From: Mobula hypostoma
Taxonomy: Eukaryota
Direction: 5' to 3'
Assembly (NCBI RefSeq): GCF_963921235.1
Contig: NC_086125.1
Location: forward strand, 14,384,001 to 14,448,000
DNA: 64,000 nt
This document shows, piece after piece, positions 1 to 11,010 of the stretch (position 1 is its first letter; each line of letters opens with the position of its first letter). The position numbers were made by a program, and so were the translations under genes. Under the pieces are notes generated by a model. That model made no database searches and was not told the DNA's origin. It saw nothing but the letters and a program-made list of their open reading frames with translations.

Positions 1-158
1 AGGATAAATTCGTTCACACTGTATATAGGCCCAAATCCTTTGCACAGAACTCCAATAGGCCAAAGCTTCCCAATCAATCTCACTGTACAGATTCTCACAC
101 AGACCGAATCATTCAATTTTGTGTCATTGTTCATAACACCAAACCCTGGATCACTGAC

Positions 159-349
159 CTTCTACTGGGAGTAGAAAACTCCTCAAATTCATAGCTCTCT
201 GCGGACAGCATTTTCTTGTCCAAGTTTTGGATGAATTCAACATATTTCTGGGCAGGTTCATGGATTTTGAGGTTCTCTTGCAGTTTTTGTAAGGAGAATG
301 GCACCTGCTGGATCTGTTCCTGCTTCATCTGGAACATGTTCATAGAGAC
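159..349 (-). CDS. GMIP: GMIP coding exon 11 (end of F-BAR); gene continues beyond position 1
   Basis: tttgcaccaatag|GTC TCT ATG...AGA AG|gtcagt; 191 nt, phase 0 to 2. VSMNMFQMKQEQIQQVPFSLQKLQENLKIHEPAQKYVEFIQNLDKKMLSAESYEFEEFSTPSR. Confidence 0.92.
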
Positions 350-495
350 CTATTGGTGCAAACATAGGGAAGGTTAGATTCTACTAATTTAGCTGTAGCC
401 ATTCAAACTCAAGTTCCTTGTTCCCAGTCTGATTTAACAGGGATTTAAGTCTGAGGAAAGATAGTTCTACATTTTCCTATCAAATACTCCCAGCA

Positions 496-792
496 TGTGG
501 CCAAGTGGTTAAGGCATTGGACTAGTGACCTGAAAGTCATGAGTTCGAGCCCCAGCCGAGGCAACGTGTTGTGTCCTTGAGCAAGGCAGTTAATCACACT
601 TAATCTGCGACGACACTGGTGCCAAACTGTGTGGGTCCTAATGCCCTTCCCTTGGACAACATTGGTGTCATGGAGAGGGGAGACTTGCAGCGTGGGCAAC
701 TGCTGGTCTTCCATACAATCTTGCCCAGCCCTGCACTCTGGAGAGTGAAGACATGGTCTCGCAAGACTAACGAGACTAACGGATGCCTTTAA
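496..792 (+). mobile_element. tRNA-derived SINE
   Basis: A box TGGCCAAGTGG, B box GTTCGAGCC; 10-bp TSD actcccagca at 486-495 and 793-802. A second head starts at 63975 and is cut by the window edge. Confidence 0.82.
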
Positions 793-847
793 ACTCCCAG
801 CACAGGTACAGCAAGTATCAGATACAAAGAAGGGCTCCTGCTACAAC

Positions 848-1170
848 GTTCAAAGTAAATTTATTATCAAAGTACATATATGTCACCATATACAACCCTT
901 GTGTTTTGTGGGCATTCACAGTAAATACAAGAAACATAATAGTATCAATGAAAGACGCCCCTAAACAATGTGCAAAAGACAACTAGCTGTGCAAGTAGAA
1001 AAAGAAAAAATAATAAATGAAAGAATGAATGAATAAACAAACAAACAAACAAACAATAGGAATTGACAACAGGAGATGACAAGTCCTTCAAAGTGAGTCC
1101 GTAGGCTGTGGGAACATTTTTTCAATGATGGGGTGAGTAAAGTTGAGCGAAGCTATCCCCTCTGGTTCAA
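848..1170 (-). mobile_element. Rex1-like LINE 3' end
   Basis: gttcaaagtaaatttattatcaaagtacatatatgtcaccatatacaacc tail shared with the 44150 copy. Confidence 0.8.
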
Positions 1171-1438
1171 GATGTCTCCTAAATACTACCACGGCTACAT
1201 GGATTATCTCAAACCTTAGAATTGCGTGATAATGCTAAGTTATTAGCAGGTGGGTTAGTATTAAAAGTGATTTACATACTTGGATGGTCTCAGATCTAAA
1301 CTCACTGCTCGTTTTGCACTCAGCATCAAGTTGCCACAAGCAGCACAATATTCCAACTAGTAGACTAATTCTGTGGCTAAGCCCTTTTATATATGTGGTA
1401 TCCTTTATGTCTCTTGGAAAACATTATTGCTTATATGG

Positions 1439-1608
1439 CGGAAACGACAGAAATTTTGGATCTCCCCCTCCCCCTCCAACTTTCAAATCCCTTACTCACT
1501 CTTCCTTCAGTTAGTCCTGACGAAGGGTCTCGGCCCGAAACGTCGACTGCACCTCTTCCTAAGAGATGCTGCCTGGCCTGCTGCGTTCACCAGCAACTTT
1601 TATGTGTG
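1439..1608 (+). mobile_element. Short Penelope-like (PLE) terminal-repeat insertion with hammerhead
   Basis: PLE tail gatgctgcctggcctgctgcgttcaccagca; flanked by ttgcttatatgg at 1427-1438 and 1609-1620 (12-bp TSD, partly microhomologous to the element end). Confidence 0.85.
1513..1548 (+). ncRNA. Minimal type I hammerhead ribozyme, intact
   Basis: AGTC-CTGACGA-AGGGTCTCGGCCC-GAAA-CG-TC^GACT: helix I AGTC/GACT, CUGANGA and GAAA cores, helix II GGGTC/GGCCC, palindromic ACGT at helix III, GUC cleavage triplet. This is the architecture known for Penelope-like elements. Confidence 0.88.
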
Positions 1609-2384
1609 TTGCTTATATGGTGGGGTGGGCGAGAGAGAGGAGACGGCAGAGTATGTACCATAAAGGCAGTCTAAGCCTTCACAGGTGGGCCAGGACACCA
1701 TTAAACAGTGAGCGAATGGAAAAAAGGCAAAAGGCAAAGAGTGAAGTATAAGGTATAATAAATACCGAATAGGCCATTTGGCCCCTCTTGTTGCTTCACT
1801 GTTTCTTAATATGAAGGCAGATCTTTAAGTTCCATGCCACAAAACCCATAAATTTTCACTTCTCTTAAAACCACTGCCTTGATTGTACTGGTGACTGAGC
1901 CTCAAAAGCTCACTTGGATGAAGAATTCCAAAGACTCACCACCCTCAGGGAGAAAAATAAATCTCTATTTCTGTGCGAAGCATCTCTGAGCTGTTATTTG
2001 AGATTTGACGTTATGTTCCAGACATACCAGCTGGGGACCCTGCCACTCCTGAAGAATTTTAAGCATTTCGGTAAAAAATTTTTCTGACTCTTTTAAATTG
2101 AATATATTAATGTTAAATTTGCCTAATCTCTCCTCTTACGATGAGCCCATCATCACTGGGGGCAATAAGAGGCCCTCTATTGCAGGTATATCCTTCCCAG
2201 GAAGAAGACAGAATGAGAGTGATCCAGAAAATAAAAAGATTAGAATGGCAAGCGAAGATGAAGAAGTAGATGACATGCCGAGGCTGTCTGAATTCTAAAA
2301 GTGAGAAGAAGGACTGAATGAACCGAAGAGGATTCTTACACGAGACAAAACGCGATAAAAAACAGAATTAGCCGATGAGCTCAC

Positions 2385-2522
2385 CAATTTTAGTATGTGG
2401 TCACCATGGCAGATGAGTTTGTGAAGCTGGGTTATGATATCGACTTTCATTTTCTCCATTTCTTTATGTCTGAGGTTGGCCTCACGGACACAGTTCTTAT
2501 AATGCATCTCAGTCTCCTGAAC
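2385..2522 (-). CDS. GMIP: GMIP coding exon 10 (F-BAR)
   Basis: cttccccaacag|GTT...TTG|gtgagc; 138 nt. VQETEMHYKNCVREANLRHKEMEKMKVDIITQLHKLICHGDHILKL; CVREAN and GD are GMIP-type residues. Confidence 0.95.
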
Positions 2523-3792
2523 CTGTTGGGGAAGATGCAGTTTATGCCGATCAGAGTGAAGGTTGCTCAGGTGAATAGGCCTGTAAAAGCATTATTGATT
2601 AAAGCATTGGATTTTCTCCATGAGACTAATTTCATTTGAGCTTAGCCAGATCCAATGCGTATCATTCCTCTAACAAGAGAAACGCATGTAGAACAGTCTG
2701 GTTAGAGCATCTCACCAACATCTTAAAGGTGTCTCAATCCTAATCAGATAATAAAAGATGAAAATTACTACAAGGCCAGCTATTTGACATCTAAATTGGA
2801 ATTTGCGTCTCTACAGAAAGTAATGAGACATTTAAAAACTCTGGCAGAATGGATGTTCAGTTGTGATGTCTGAAAAAGGTTAAAATGCCTGTCTCAGTTC
2901 AAATGTCTATGGGATCTAGTACAAGCTGGATCCAAAATTGATTTGGCAATAGGAGGCATAGGAGGTAGAAGTGGAGGTGGAGGATCATTTTTGTGATTGG
3001 AATTCTGACCAGTGGTGTATCATAGGGATTGGTACCGGGCTCTCCTATACATCATTGATTTGGATATGAATGCAGACAGTAGGACTCATAGTCTGCGTAT
3101 GACACAGGAATTGGTGGTGGTATTGATATTGAAGAGAATAGACTTTCTAACCCTGGGAGAAAGACAGGAACAATCTACCTTACCTACTGCCCTCATGATT
3201 TTTCACCCATCAACCTCCTACACGCTAGAGAAAAAAATCCCAACATATTGAGCCTCCCCTTATAATTCAAGCCTTCCAGTGCTGTAAGATTCTCGCGAAT
3301 CTCTTCTACACCATTTGCAGCTCAATGGCATCCCTCCCAGAGCTGAGTGACGAGAATTTCACCCAATACGCTACGTGCGGTCTCACGAATGTAACATGTA
3401 GTCTCCCATACTCAGCGCCCCGGCAAGCGTGCCGAAAGCCTCCTCCCCACCTTGTCTACCTGTGTCACTACTTTCAAAGCACTCTCGTGCCCCTAGTTCA
3501 TCAGATGATGGGAATGCAAATGGATAAACAGCATTAGTGTAGGGTTGGTATCAAATGGACCAGGTGATATGTTGGGCTATAGAGTCTGTTTCCTTGCTGT
3601 ACAACTGACTAAATTCTCTGCTTTTAAATGTCGACTGTTTGACTAAGCATTTGGGCATTGCACCATTGTGGTTTGAAAACAATTTTGCTTCAGAAGACTC
3701 CTGTAAAAAACTGCAAGTAATCAAGTGCTGAGGCTTCCAGGAACATATTCCACCCCAGCTGACGCCTCCCCAGACCAGCTCCATTTGCTCAC

Positions 3793-3987
3793 CTTCAACT
3801 GTGCTTCGTCCTTTGACCGTCTGCGTTTCTCGAGTTGCTTGCTGGCACTACCTGGATAAGTGCCACTCATACTCAGCGAAATCTGTTCTTCCTCAGCCTT
3901 GGCGCTTTGCTGCTTTGCCTTTTCGAATTCCTCACAGCGCTGGAAGTACAGGTGTTTAGATTTCCGCAGTGCTGTTAAGGCATCATT
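3793..3987 (-). CDS. GMIP: GMIP coding exon 9 (F-BAR)
   Basis: ttcacatctgcag|AAT...AAG|gtgagc; 195 nt. NDALTALRKSKHLYFQRCEEFEKAKQQSAKAEEEQISLSMSGTYPGSASKQLEKRRRSKDEAQLK. Confidence 0.95.
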
Positions 3988-4204
3988 CTGCAGATGTGAA
4001 GAAGTTTATCTCATCACAGGCTGCCTCATTAGAGATATTTTATTCAGTCAGCTTCATACTTTTGCAGCGTATAAACATTTTATTATAAATATTTATTCTG
4101 ATCATTCCTGTACTTATCAGTAGATAAGGTAAACAACCACATTTATTTATTGATCGTTTTGTCACAAGCTCAGGAGCCAAATTACTCACAGAGGTAAAAG
4201 AGTC

Positions 4205-4610
4205 AAAAACATGAAAAAAATCTGCAGACGCCGGAAATCCAGAGCAACACACGCAAAATGCTGGAGGAACTCAACAAGTCAGGCAGCATCTACGCAAAGA
4301 GTAAACCGTCAACGTTTTGGGCTGAGACCCTTCTGCAGGAATGGAGAGAAAGAGGAGAAGTCAGAGTCAGAGTAAGAAGGTAGTTGGCGAGGGGAGGAGG
4401 AAGTACAAGCTGGTACTTCTCCCCATCAGCCACCACCTTTCAGCTGTCACCTACCACCTTGTACTTCTTCCTGCCTTTTCCCCATCTTCTTGTCCTGACC
4501 TCACCTTTTTTCCAGTCCGGATGAAGGGTCTCTGTCTGAAATGGACACTGTTTACTGTTTTCCAGAGATGCTGCCTGGCCTGCTGAGTTCCTCCAACATT
4601 TTGTGTGTGT
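4205..4610. mobile_element. Inverted pair of PLE termini with degenerate hammerheads
   Basis: aaaatgctggaggaactc...aggcagcatc on the left, gatgctgcctggcctgctgagttcctcc on the right. Confidence 0.8.
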
Positions 4611-5520
4611 TTCGTTAAATAACCAAAAGTGACTTTTTATTTACATAGCAAGTGGTTAGGGTTTGGAATGTACTGTTAGGGAAGTAGTAGATTCAATTGG
4701 AGCATTAAGATGGCTGGATAAGTATCCGGGGGGAGGGAGGGAGGGAGAAATGTATGAGGGAAAGGGCAGGGGAGTGGCACCAATTAGATTGCTTTTGGTC
4801 TCGATAGGCCCATCAACTCACGCAACAGACTTTGACTAAGTGTTGCTTTGGACCTGCAGAATTCCTTGGCTCACAGGAAAACACTCTCACTTTCAAGTCA
4901 GAATGTTATTGATACCAACTTCCACACCACAGACTTGATCCCAGAGTGCGCGGGTGTTTTTTTTTTGCTGAAATAAGTGGCGGTTGGGGGGGGGGGTGAA
5001 GAGTCATTGCTCTGTTGCTGCTTGTGCGTGGGAGGGGGCTTGGGGTTCTAACGTTTTTATTGTCACTCACTCTTTGGGGCACTCTTCTGTTTTCATGGAT
5101 ATCTGTGAAGAACAAGAATTTTGGGTTGTATATAGCATACATTCTCTGATATTAAATGGAACTACTAGAAATAGGTTTATTAACATGAATAGCTGTGAGA
5201 CTAGATTTCATGTTAGGCTTGCAAAAGGTGGAAAGTACTAATCCAAAAGGAACGATGACAAAAAGATAGTTGTTAATCATTATTTAACTAATATTAACAT
5301 AAACTGGTCTTGGGAATCAAGGGGTTAACAAAGGGGTAAATGTATAAATGTGTGACATGGTAAAACTTGAGAAGAATAAGGAAACTGCACGAATAGGAAG
5401 TGAAGAGCTTTACTGATTGTGCAATGCTCAGTTCCATTCATAACTGCCCAGTAAACAAGGCAGAATATGCCTGCATGCAGCAAGACCTTGACAAAGCTGA
5501 CAGATGATAAGTAATAGTCA

Positions 5521-5961
5521 TACAATTCTCCCAAGAGGACCACACCCTTGTCATAGGGTTTGGAGGCTTGTGTGCGTCAATGACTCAGAGGACTATGCTG
5601 GCTGGAGTCAGGGCTCTATGCTTTGGCTCTTGGTTGGGTCACCCATGCCAAACAGGTCAAAGGGCAGAGGTCAGACTAAGAGTGGTCCACCAGTCCTCCA
5701 GGTTCAGAGGTTCAGCTCAGGGCTAACAACTCTGATTGGTAAAACAAAAATGGTTACCAAGACAGCAATGATTTATCCTTCTACATCTGAGTGCGACGGT
5801 ATTCCTGAGTCTCTACCCACGATTTGCGTGACCAGCAGTAGCAAAAACCAGGAGGAAGCTCCTGACATGATGAAGCAAGTCCTGAACACTGCCAGAGGAG
5901 GACCATCATTGCAGCCCTAAACGCCAGTGGCAGAACGGGCAGTAAGTAGTAGTGGGTTAGT
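5521..5961 (+). mobile_element. Bipartite non-autonomous RTE-derived element
   Basis: RTE-like 5'UTR motifs (caggtc...gaggtcagactaagagtggtccac, gtcctccagg...gggctaacaac), RTE-like 3' end with (AGT)-rich tail; 11-bp TSD agtaatagtca at 5510-5520 and 5962-5972. Confidence 0.7.
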
Positions 5962-6677
5962 AGTAATAGTCAGATTGAGTACAACTCTGCTAGTAAACCA
6001 CCACTTCCAGAAGATCTATTCTGCCAAAGGAGTGGATAGTCAGCTTCTCCAGGGATGGTGGTTAATCCAGGTTCACCTGTTTACTGTAGTCTAGTTCCTC
6101 TGTGACAGAGGACAAGTTCTAGGAGACTGTGCAGTCTGTGGTCTCGTTGTCAGTTTTATATCAAAAGAAAATTTATTAATAACAAAAAGTTAATTACAAG
6201 AATAAACCATGCAATTCATTACAACACTGAGTATAACAACCATGAATGTAAAGTATTTTTTGCACTTTCTTCCTTTGTTTTTTTTTATTATAAATAAAGT
6301 CTATTTTGAAATACAAATTTTAAAATGACAAAAATAGCAACACCCATTTATTCACCCCCTGAAGGATTTGGTTTCGTTTTGAAAGAAAGAGTTGTAGGTA
6401 AAATTATACTCATTTTCTCACTGGGACCCCATGGGTTTCCTGTGGGTGCACGTTTCCTCACACAGTCCACAGATGTACGGGTTAGTAGACTAATTGGTCA
6501 CCAGGGTGTAAATAGGCTTGTTGGGCCGGAAGGGCCCGTGTCTCTGAATAAGTTATAAATAGTGAGCCTCTGCTCATTTCACTAGCGGGGGAGGGGCAGG
6601 GGGTAAAAAATCAGAGTTGACACTCAATTTGGTAATAATAATTCTTAAGTATGAGCACCTGTAGATATTGAACAAGG

Positions 6678-7256
6678 CAGACATCCCACCCTGCAAAAAC
6701 TCATTTCAGGGAGGTAGCACCATCAAATTGCGGGAGACTTCCGGGAGAGGTGGGATGTTTGCAATAGACTAGCTCCTTAGCAGCTAACCAGCTAGTTTAA
6801 ATAACGTTAGCTATGCCAATGAACGAATGACACCTGTTAAACTCACCTCAACATGTCTTTTACAGTCTTAACCCACCATGGGCAATAGAAAAGTCACTGT
6901 TGCAAACAGTGCAGCGAGCAACACTGTCATTATTTTGACCCCTATTAGGCAGGGGTACACTTTAGGGTAGTCTGGGGTGACGTATGTTTTATATTTTTTT
7001 TTTGGACCACTCTGCAATGACGCGCGCTCTCTCTCTCGTGGTCGCTCGCGCGCTCTCGCTCGCTCTCTCTCCCTCTCTCGCTTGCTTTTTCTCTCTCACT
7101 CTATCTCGTGGTCGCTCTCACACTCTCTCTTGCTTTTCTCTCGCTTGCTCTCAAAAAAATTGATTTCCGTGATATTGTATATAATTTGCGGGCATCAGGG
7201 AGCCACTATTAACATGCGGGAGACTCCCGGAACTTCCGGGAGAGGTGGGATGTCTG
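6678..7256. mobile_element. Non-autonomous DNA transposon (MITE), copy 1
   Basis: TIR cagacatcccacc / ggtgggatgtctg; 7-bp TSD aacaagg (6671-6677, 7257-7263); internal (CT)-rich microsatellite. Confidence 0.9.
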
Positions 7257-7350
7257 AACAAGGTCACTGACTCTTGTCCAGCTCAGAGCCCATGGACGCA
7301 CTCTGCGGTCACAGCCCGGTGACGTGCTTTTGCGAGAGAGCTTCACTCAC

Positions 7351-7431
7351 CATTCTGCGCTGCTCCTTTTGCCACTGCTCCTTGAACTCCCGTCGCTGCT
7401 TCTCCACCTCGTTTTTCTTCATCATGAGCGG
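7351..7431 (-). CDS. GMIP: GMIP coding exon 8 (F-BAR)
   Basis: aataaacag|CCG...ATG|gtgagt; 81 nt. PLMMKKNEVEKQRREFKEQWQKEQRRM; FKEQWxKEQxRM is GMIP-like. Confidence 0.95.
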
Positions 7432-8019
7432 CTGTTTATTCAAAAGTGAAATGAAGAACCAATTTAAAAGGAAACAGCTTCTCAAGAGGTTTGTGGACAA
7501 ATAAGTGTGTCCTTTACCAACCCTTTCCCCCCCTCTGGCTCCACCTGCCCTCACCTAGTTCCACCTGTCACCTGTCAGCCAGTGTCTCACTCCTCCTCAC
7601 GCCTCTGTGATGTCGCCCATCTTTCCTTTTCCCTCTCAGTCCTTCGGAGGATCTTAGCCTTGTTACAAAGAATGCCCTTCAATCCTAATACCCAGTTAGG
7701 CATGGAAAGAATCTGACACGTACTTTTGTTGGCTCAGTTCACAAGCGTGTGAATTCACATAATAGTGACAGCTACTAGGTTTCTTTGACCCTCTATGAAC
7801 AGCCAAAGAGGAGAAAAGGTAATACCCGGGAAAAAAACAGTCTATACTAGCTAGGCGTTCCCTGTGGTCCCAGTCCTATCCGTACATGTCCCACACAGGG
7901 TCGTCCGCATCCATGATGGTTGGTCTCCAGAGCTGTCTCTGCCTGTGCACCCGAAATCATCCAATCTTATTCTTTTCCTTATCAGATCAATCTATAATAT
8001 AAATAAATAAATTCCTCAC

Positions 8020-8130
8020 CTTTATGTATTTACCCTCCTGCAGCAAACTCATGGTTTTAATTGTCTTCTCGCCTTGTTGGATGTCATGCTGCAAGGCCAT
8101 TGTGTAGATGTATTGGAAAGGCATGAACTT
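8020..8130 (-). CDS. GMIP: GMIP coding exon 7 (F-BAR)
   Basis: ttcctaacag|AAG...AAG|gtgagg; 111 nt, phase 0 to 0. KFMPFQYIYTMALQHDIQQGEKTIKTMSLLQEGKYIK, compare GMIP HMPLQYIYTLFLEHD. Confidence 0.93.
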
Positions 8131-8774
8131 CTGTTAGGAAGATACGAATCAGTTGTAAACATCATTTTATCTCTTTCTTCAAGTTCCAGGATCTTTGATA
8201 CACCACACACCCTTCAACATTAATTTAAAAAAAACGCACACACACACACACACATTTTGCAGATTGACATCGCCACAGAGGATATAAGTTTGTGGTTTAA
8301 TTATAGAACAATCTGATTGTAAGCCAATAGTTTAACTGAGTGACTCAAAGAGTTTAACTGAGTGACTCAAAGTGACCAGGCAATACGCTCTAGATCTTAC
8401 TCTTTCCATCTGTGTGTCAAACTTTGCTCAGTTTGAAACCTGAATTGGAATCTATCCAGGACTGACAGATACAGAAGGTCCTGGTAGCCTGAAAATTCTT
8501 CGAGTACTATAGAGTCATAGAGTCATCTGGCCCTTCATCCACTGAATTCATGCCAATAGCCAAATACCCATTTTATTCTCCTTAAATTCCCATCAACTCT
8601 TACAGATCCTACCACCCACAGACACAGTAAAGGCAATTTACAATGTAATTAACCCAGCAAACTACATGTCTTTGTGATTCAGGTGGATAATGGAAACTCA
8701 CAGGGAGAGCAGGGTCGTGGGCAGGGGCTCTACTAGCTGTTAGTTGGTTGAAGTGTGAAAAGTGACTGGGACAA

Positions 8775-8920
8775 CCAACACGAGAGAATCTGCAGGTGCT
8801 GGAAATTGCAAAGCATCTATGTCTCGATGAATGGTCTCGGCCTGAAATGTTGACCGTTTCCCCTTTTCCATAAATGCTGCTTGGCCTGCTGAGTTCCTCC
8901 AGCATTTTGTGTGTGTTACA
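8775..8920. mobile_element. Short inverted PLE terminus
   Basis: aatctgcaggtgctggaaat followed by a degenerate hammerhead and tgctgcttggcctgctgagttcctccagcattttg. Confidence 0.7.
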
Positions 8921-9922
8921 CTGGGAAAACACCCTGGCTTTTCTCACATATTGGATATTTCCTGCCCCCCGCAATCCTCTGTATATTCTTGAGAGAGGAT
9001 GCAGTGTTTTATTTAACCTCTAAGCCAAGAAATGAACTCTTTGAATCTCATCTTAGCTCTGGTGATTAAATATTTTTTAATATGAGACTATTTTTTTCAG
9101 CCCACGATCCTCTGACCTGGAGACACAGGTGCAACCTGCAACTGCACAGTAGCTATTCCTGTACATTCAAAATCAGAATACAGTGCATGTTAAACATTGA
9201 AAATTAAAGCAAAATAATAAAATTACTTGGGACCAGACAGTAAATATTTTAGTTCAATGACACTGTATTGACTTCTGAAACACTGTGGGGTTCATCTTTC
9301 ACTGAAATGCATATGGATCTGTTAAGTTCTGAACTGGGATATTTAATAGGGCACCAGTAGTGGGATGCTTGCAAGCACGCTTGAACATAATTTAATTTCT
9401 ATTAAGTGATTATGAATGCCTTTGATTGTCAAATGTCCATGTGCTGGGAGAAGCCTTGCACTATTCTGGGCCACGCCAGTGAGCGAGAAATCAGCCTCCC
9501 AGCAGAAGACTGCATCTTGGACCATGCTGAGCTAAATCAGATGAACTGTGATTTCACGCCAGCATAAGTCATCCCATTCTCTCTCCATTGATGCTGTCCA
9601 AACTGCTGAGTAGTTCTAGACCTTATGTTTTTAATTTCTTGCAGTTTATAGTTACATAATAAAATTCTGCAAAGAGCATTGTGATAATATTGGAAATTTA
9701 TCTATTTTTGGAGTTGGCAATAACTCTCTTCCCTTTCCAATGACACCATGGGATGGTTTTTTTTTGGAGTCACTTGTCTGTGAGGGGTTCGTTGTAACCA
9801 TCATGTTCAAAGACTTGAGTGATCAAACGAACCGGTCAAGGTACGGTGAATTTGAACCACAAAAGAGAAATAAACAACCTATTGAACACATACATTGTAT
9901 ATTGGTGCACAGAACACTTTAC

Positions 9923-9987
9923 CTCTTGGTTGATCAAGATCTTGCTTGTGTCTGCCATTTTAATTATGTTCTTTGAGAATTCAATCT
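9923..9987 (-). CDS. GMIP: GMIP coding exon 6 (F-BAR)
   Basis: ttgttttacag|AG ATT...GAG|gtaaag; 65 nt, phase 1 to 0. (E)IEFSKNIIKMADTSKILINQE, compare GMIP ELEFAKSTMKIAEAGK. Confidence 0.92.
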
Positions 9988-10579
9988 CTGTAAAACAAGG
10001 ACATTATCAAGGGAATGCGACATTTCTCTAGGGAAAATAATATCTCCTTATTTCTGTTCTACTGCTACATGGAATAAATGGGTGTGGAGCCAGGTCATAA
10101 ATCTACAAAAGTATAGGTACTTCTGTGACTGAGCCATTACCATTTAAAGAACCAAGGTAGAATGGCATTTTAAAATATGCAGTGGTTAGACCCATTATAC
10201 TGCAGACTTTATGGCAGGTCCCAACCTGTACAGGTAAGTGACATTCGCAAAACTACATTTTTTAAACCAGATTTATTTTTTACTTTTAATATATTCCTAG
10301 ATTTTCAATGCAGGGAACATACTTCTAGACCAATGATCTCTTTATGCCAGAAATTAAATTAGCAGCTTAACATTATGTTGGTCTTTTTTGAATGAAAGGT
10401 GTTGGTAGCATCACTGAAATAAAAACTATTCCATATCTGGATTTGTGGTTTCCATTGTGGCAATAATTACGAGATTGAGAAGCTTGGTTCACCTGAACTC
10501 CAAATTCAAAAGAACATTTCAAAGATTTTGTAAGGATGTATACAGATCTCATTAAAGGTATTTTCTAGCAGTAACAATA

Positions 10580-11010
10580 TATGGTCCCATGTTATATTGT
10601 GCCACAGTGAGGCCACCCTCAGTGAGGAAGAGCAGCACCTTATATACCATCTGGGTAGCCTCCAACCTGATGGCATGAATATCCATTTCTCCATTTAGTG
10701 AAAAAATTCCCCCCCTCCCTCTCCTATTCCCCATTCTGGACCCTTATTTTTTTTCTCACCTCCCCATAGGTTCCCTCCTCCATCCCTTTTCTCCTATGGT
10801 CCACTCTCCTCTCAAGTCCTTCACCTTTCCCACCCACCAGGCTTCATCTATTAACTTCTAGCTAATCCTTGTTCCTCTACTCCCACCTTTTATTCTAGCA
10901 TCTACCCCTTCCTTTTCAGTCCTGAAGAAGGGTTCTCCGCCTTTTCTTTATTCTTTTCCATAGATGCTGCCTGGCCTGCAGAGTTCCTCCAGCATTTTGT
11001 GTGTGTTGCT
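10580..11010 (+). mobile_element. PLE 3' fragment
   Basis: gaggaagagcagcaccttatataccatctgggtagcctccaacctgatggcatgaat (EQHL..L..LQP.GMN), pyrimidine tract and PLE tail. Confidence 0.8.

Noticed and set aside
496-570. tRNA gene
   Set aside because: The tRNA-like head continues into a SINE body with a TSD and lacks a proper acceptor stem; the same holds for 56110-56182 and 63975-64000.
2098-2298. Plus-strand ORF with NLS-like and acidic stretch
   Set aside because: Starts within an antisense CR1 remnant, non-ATG start, no supporting splice structure.
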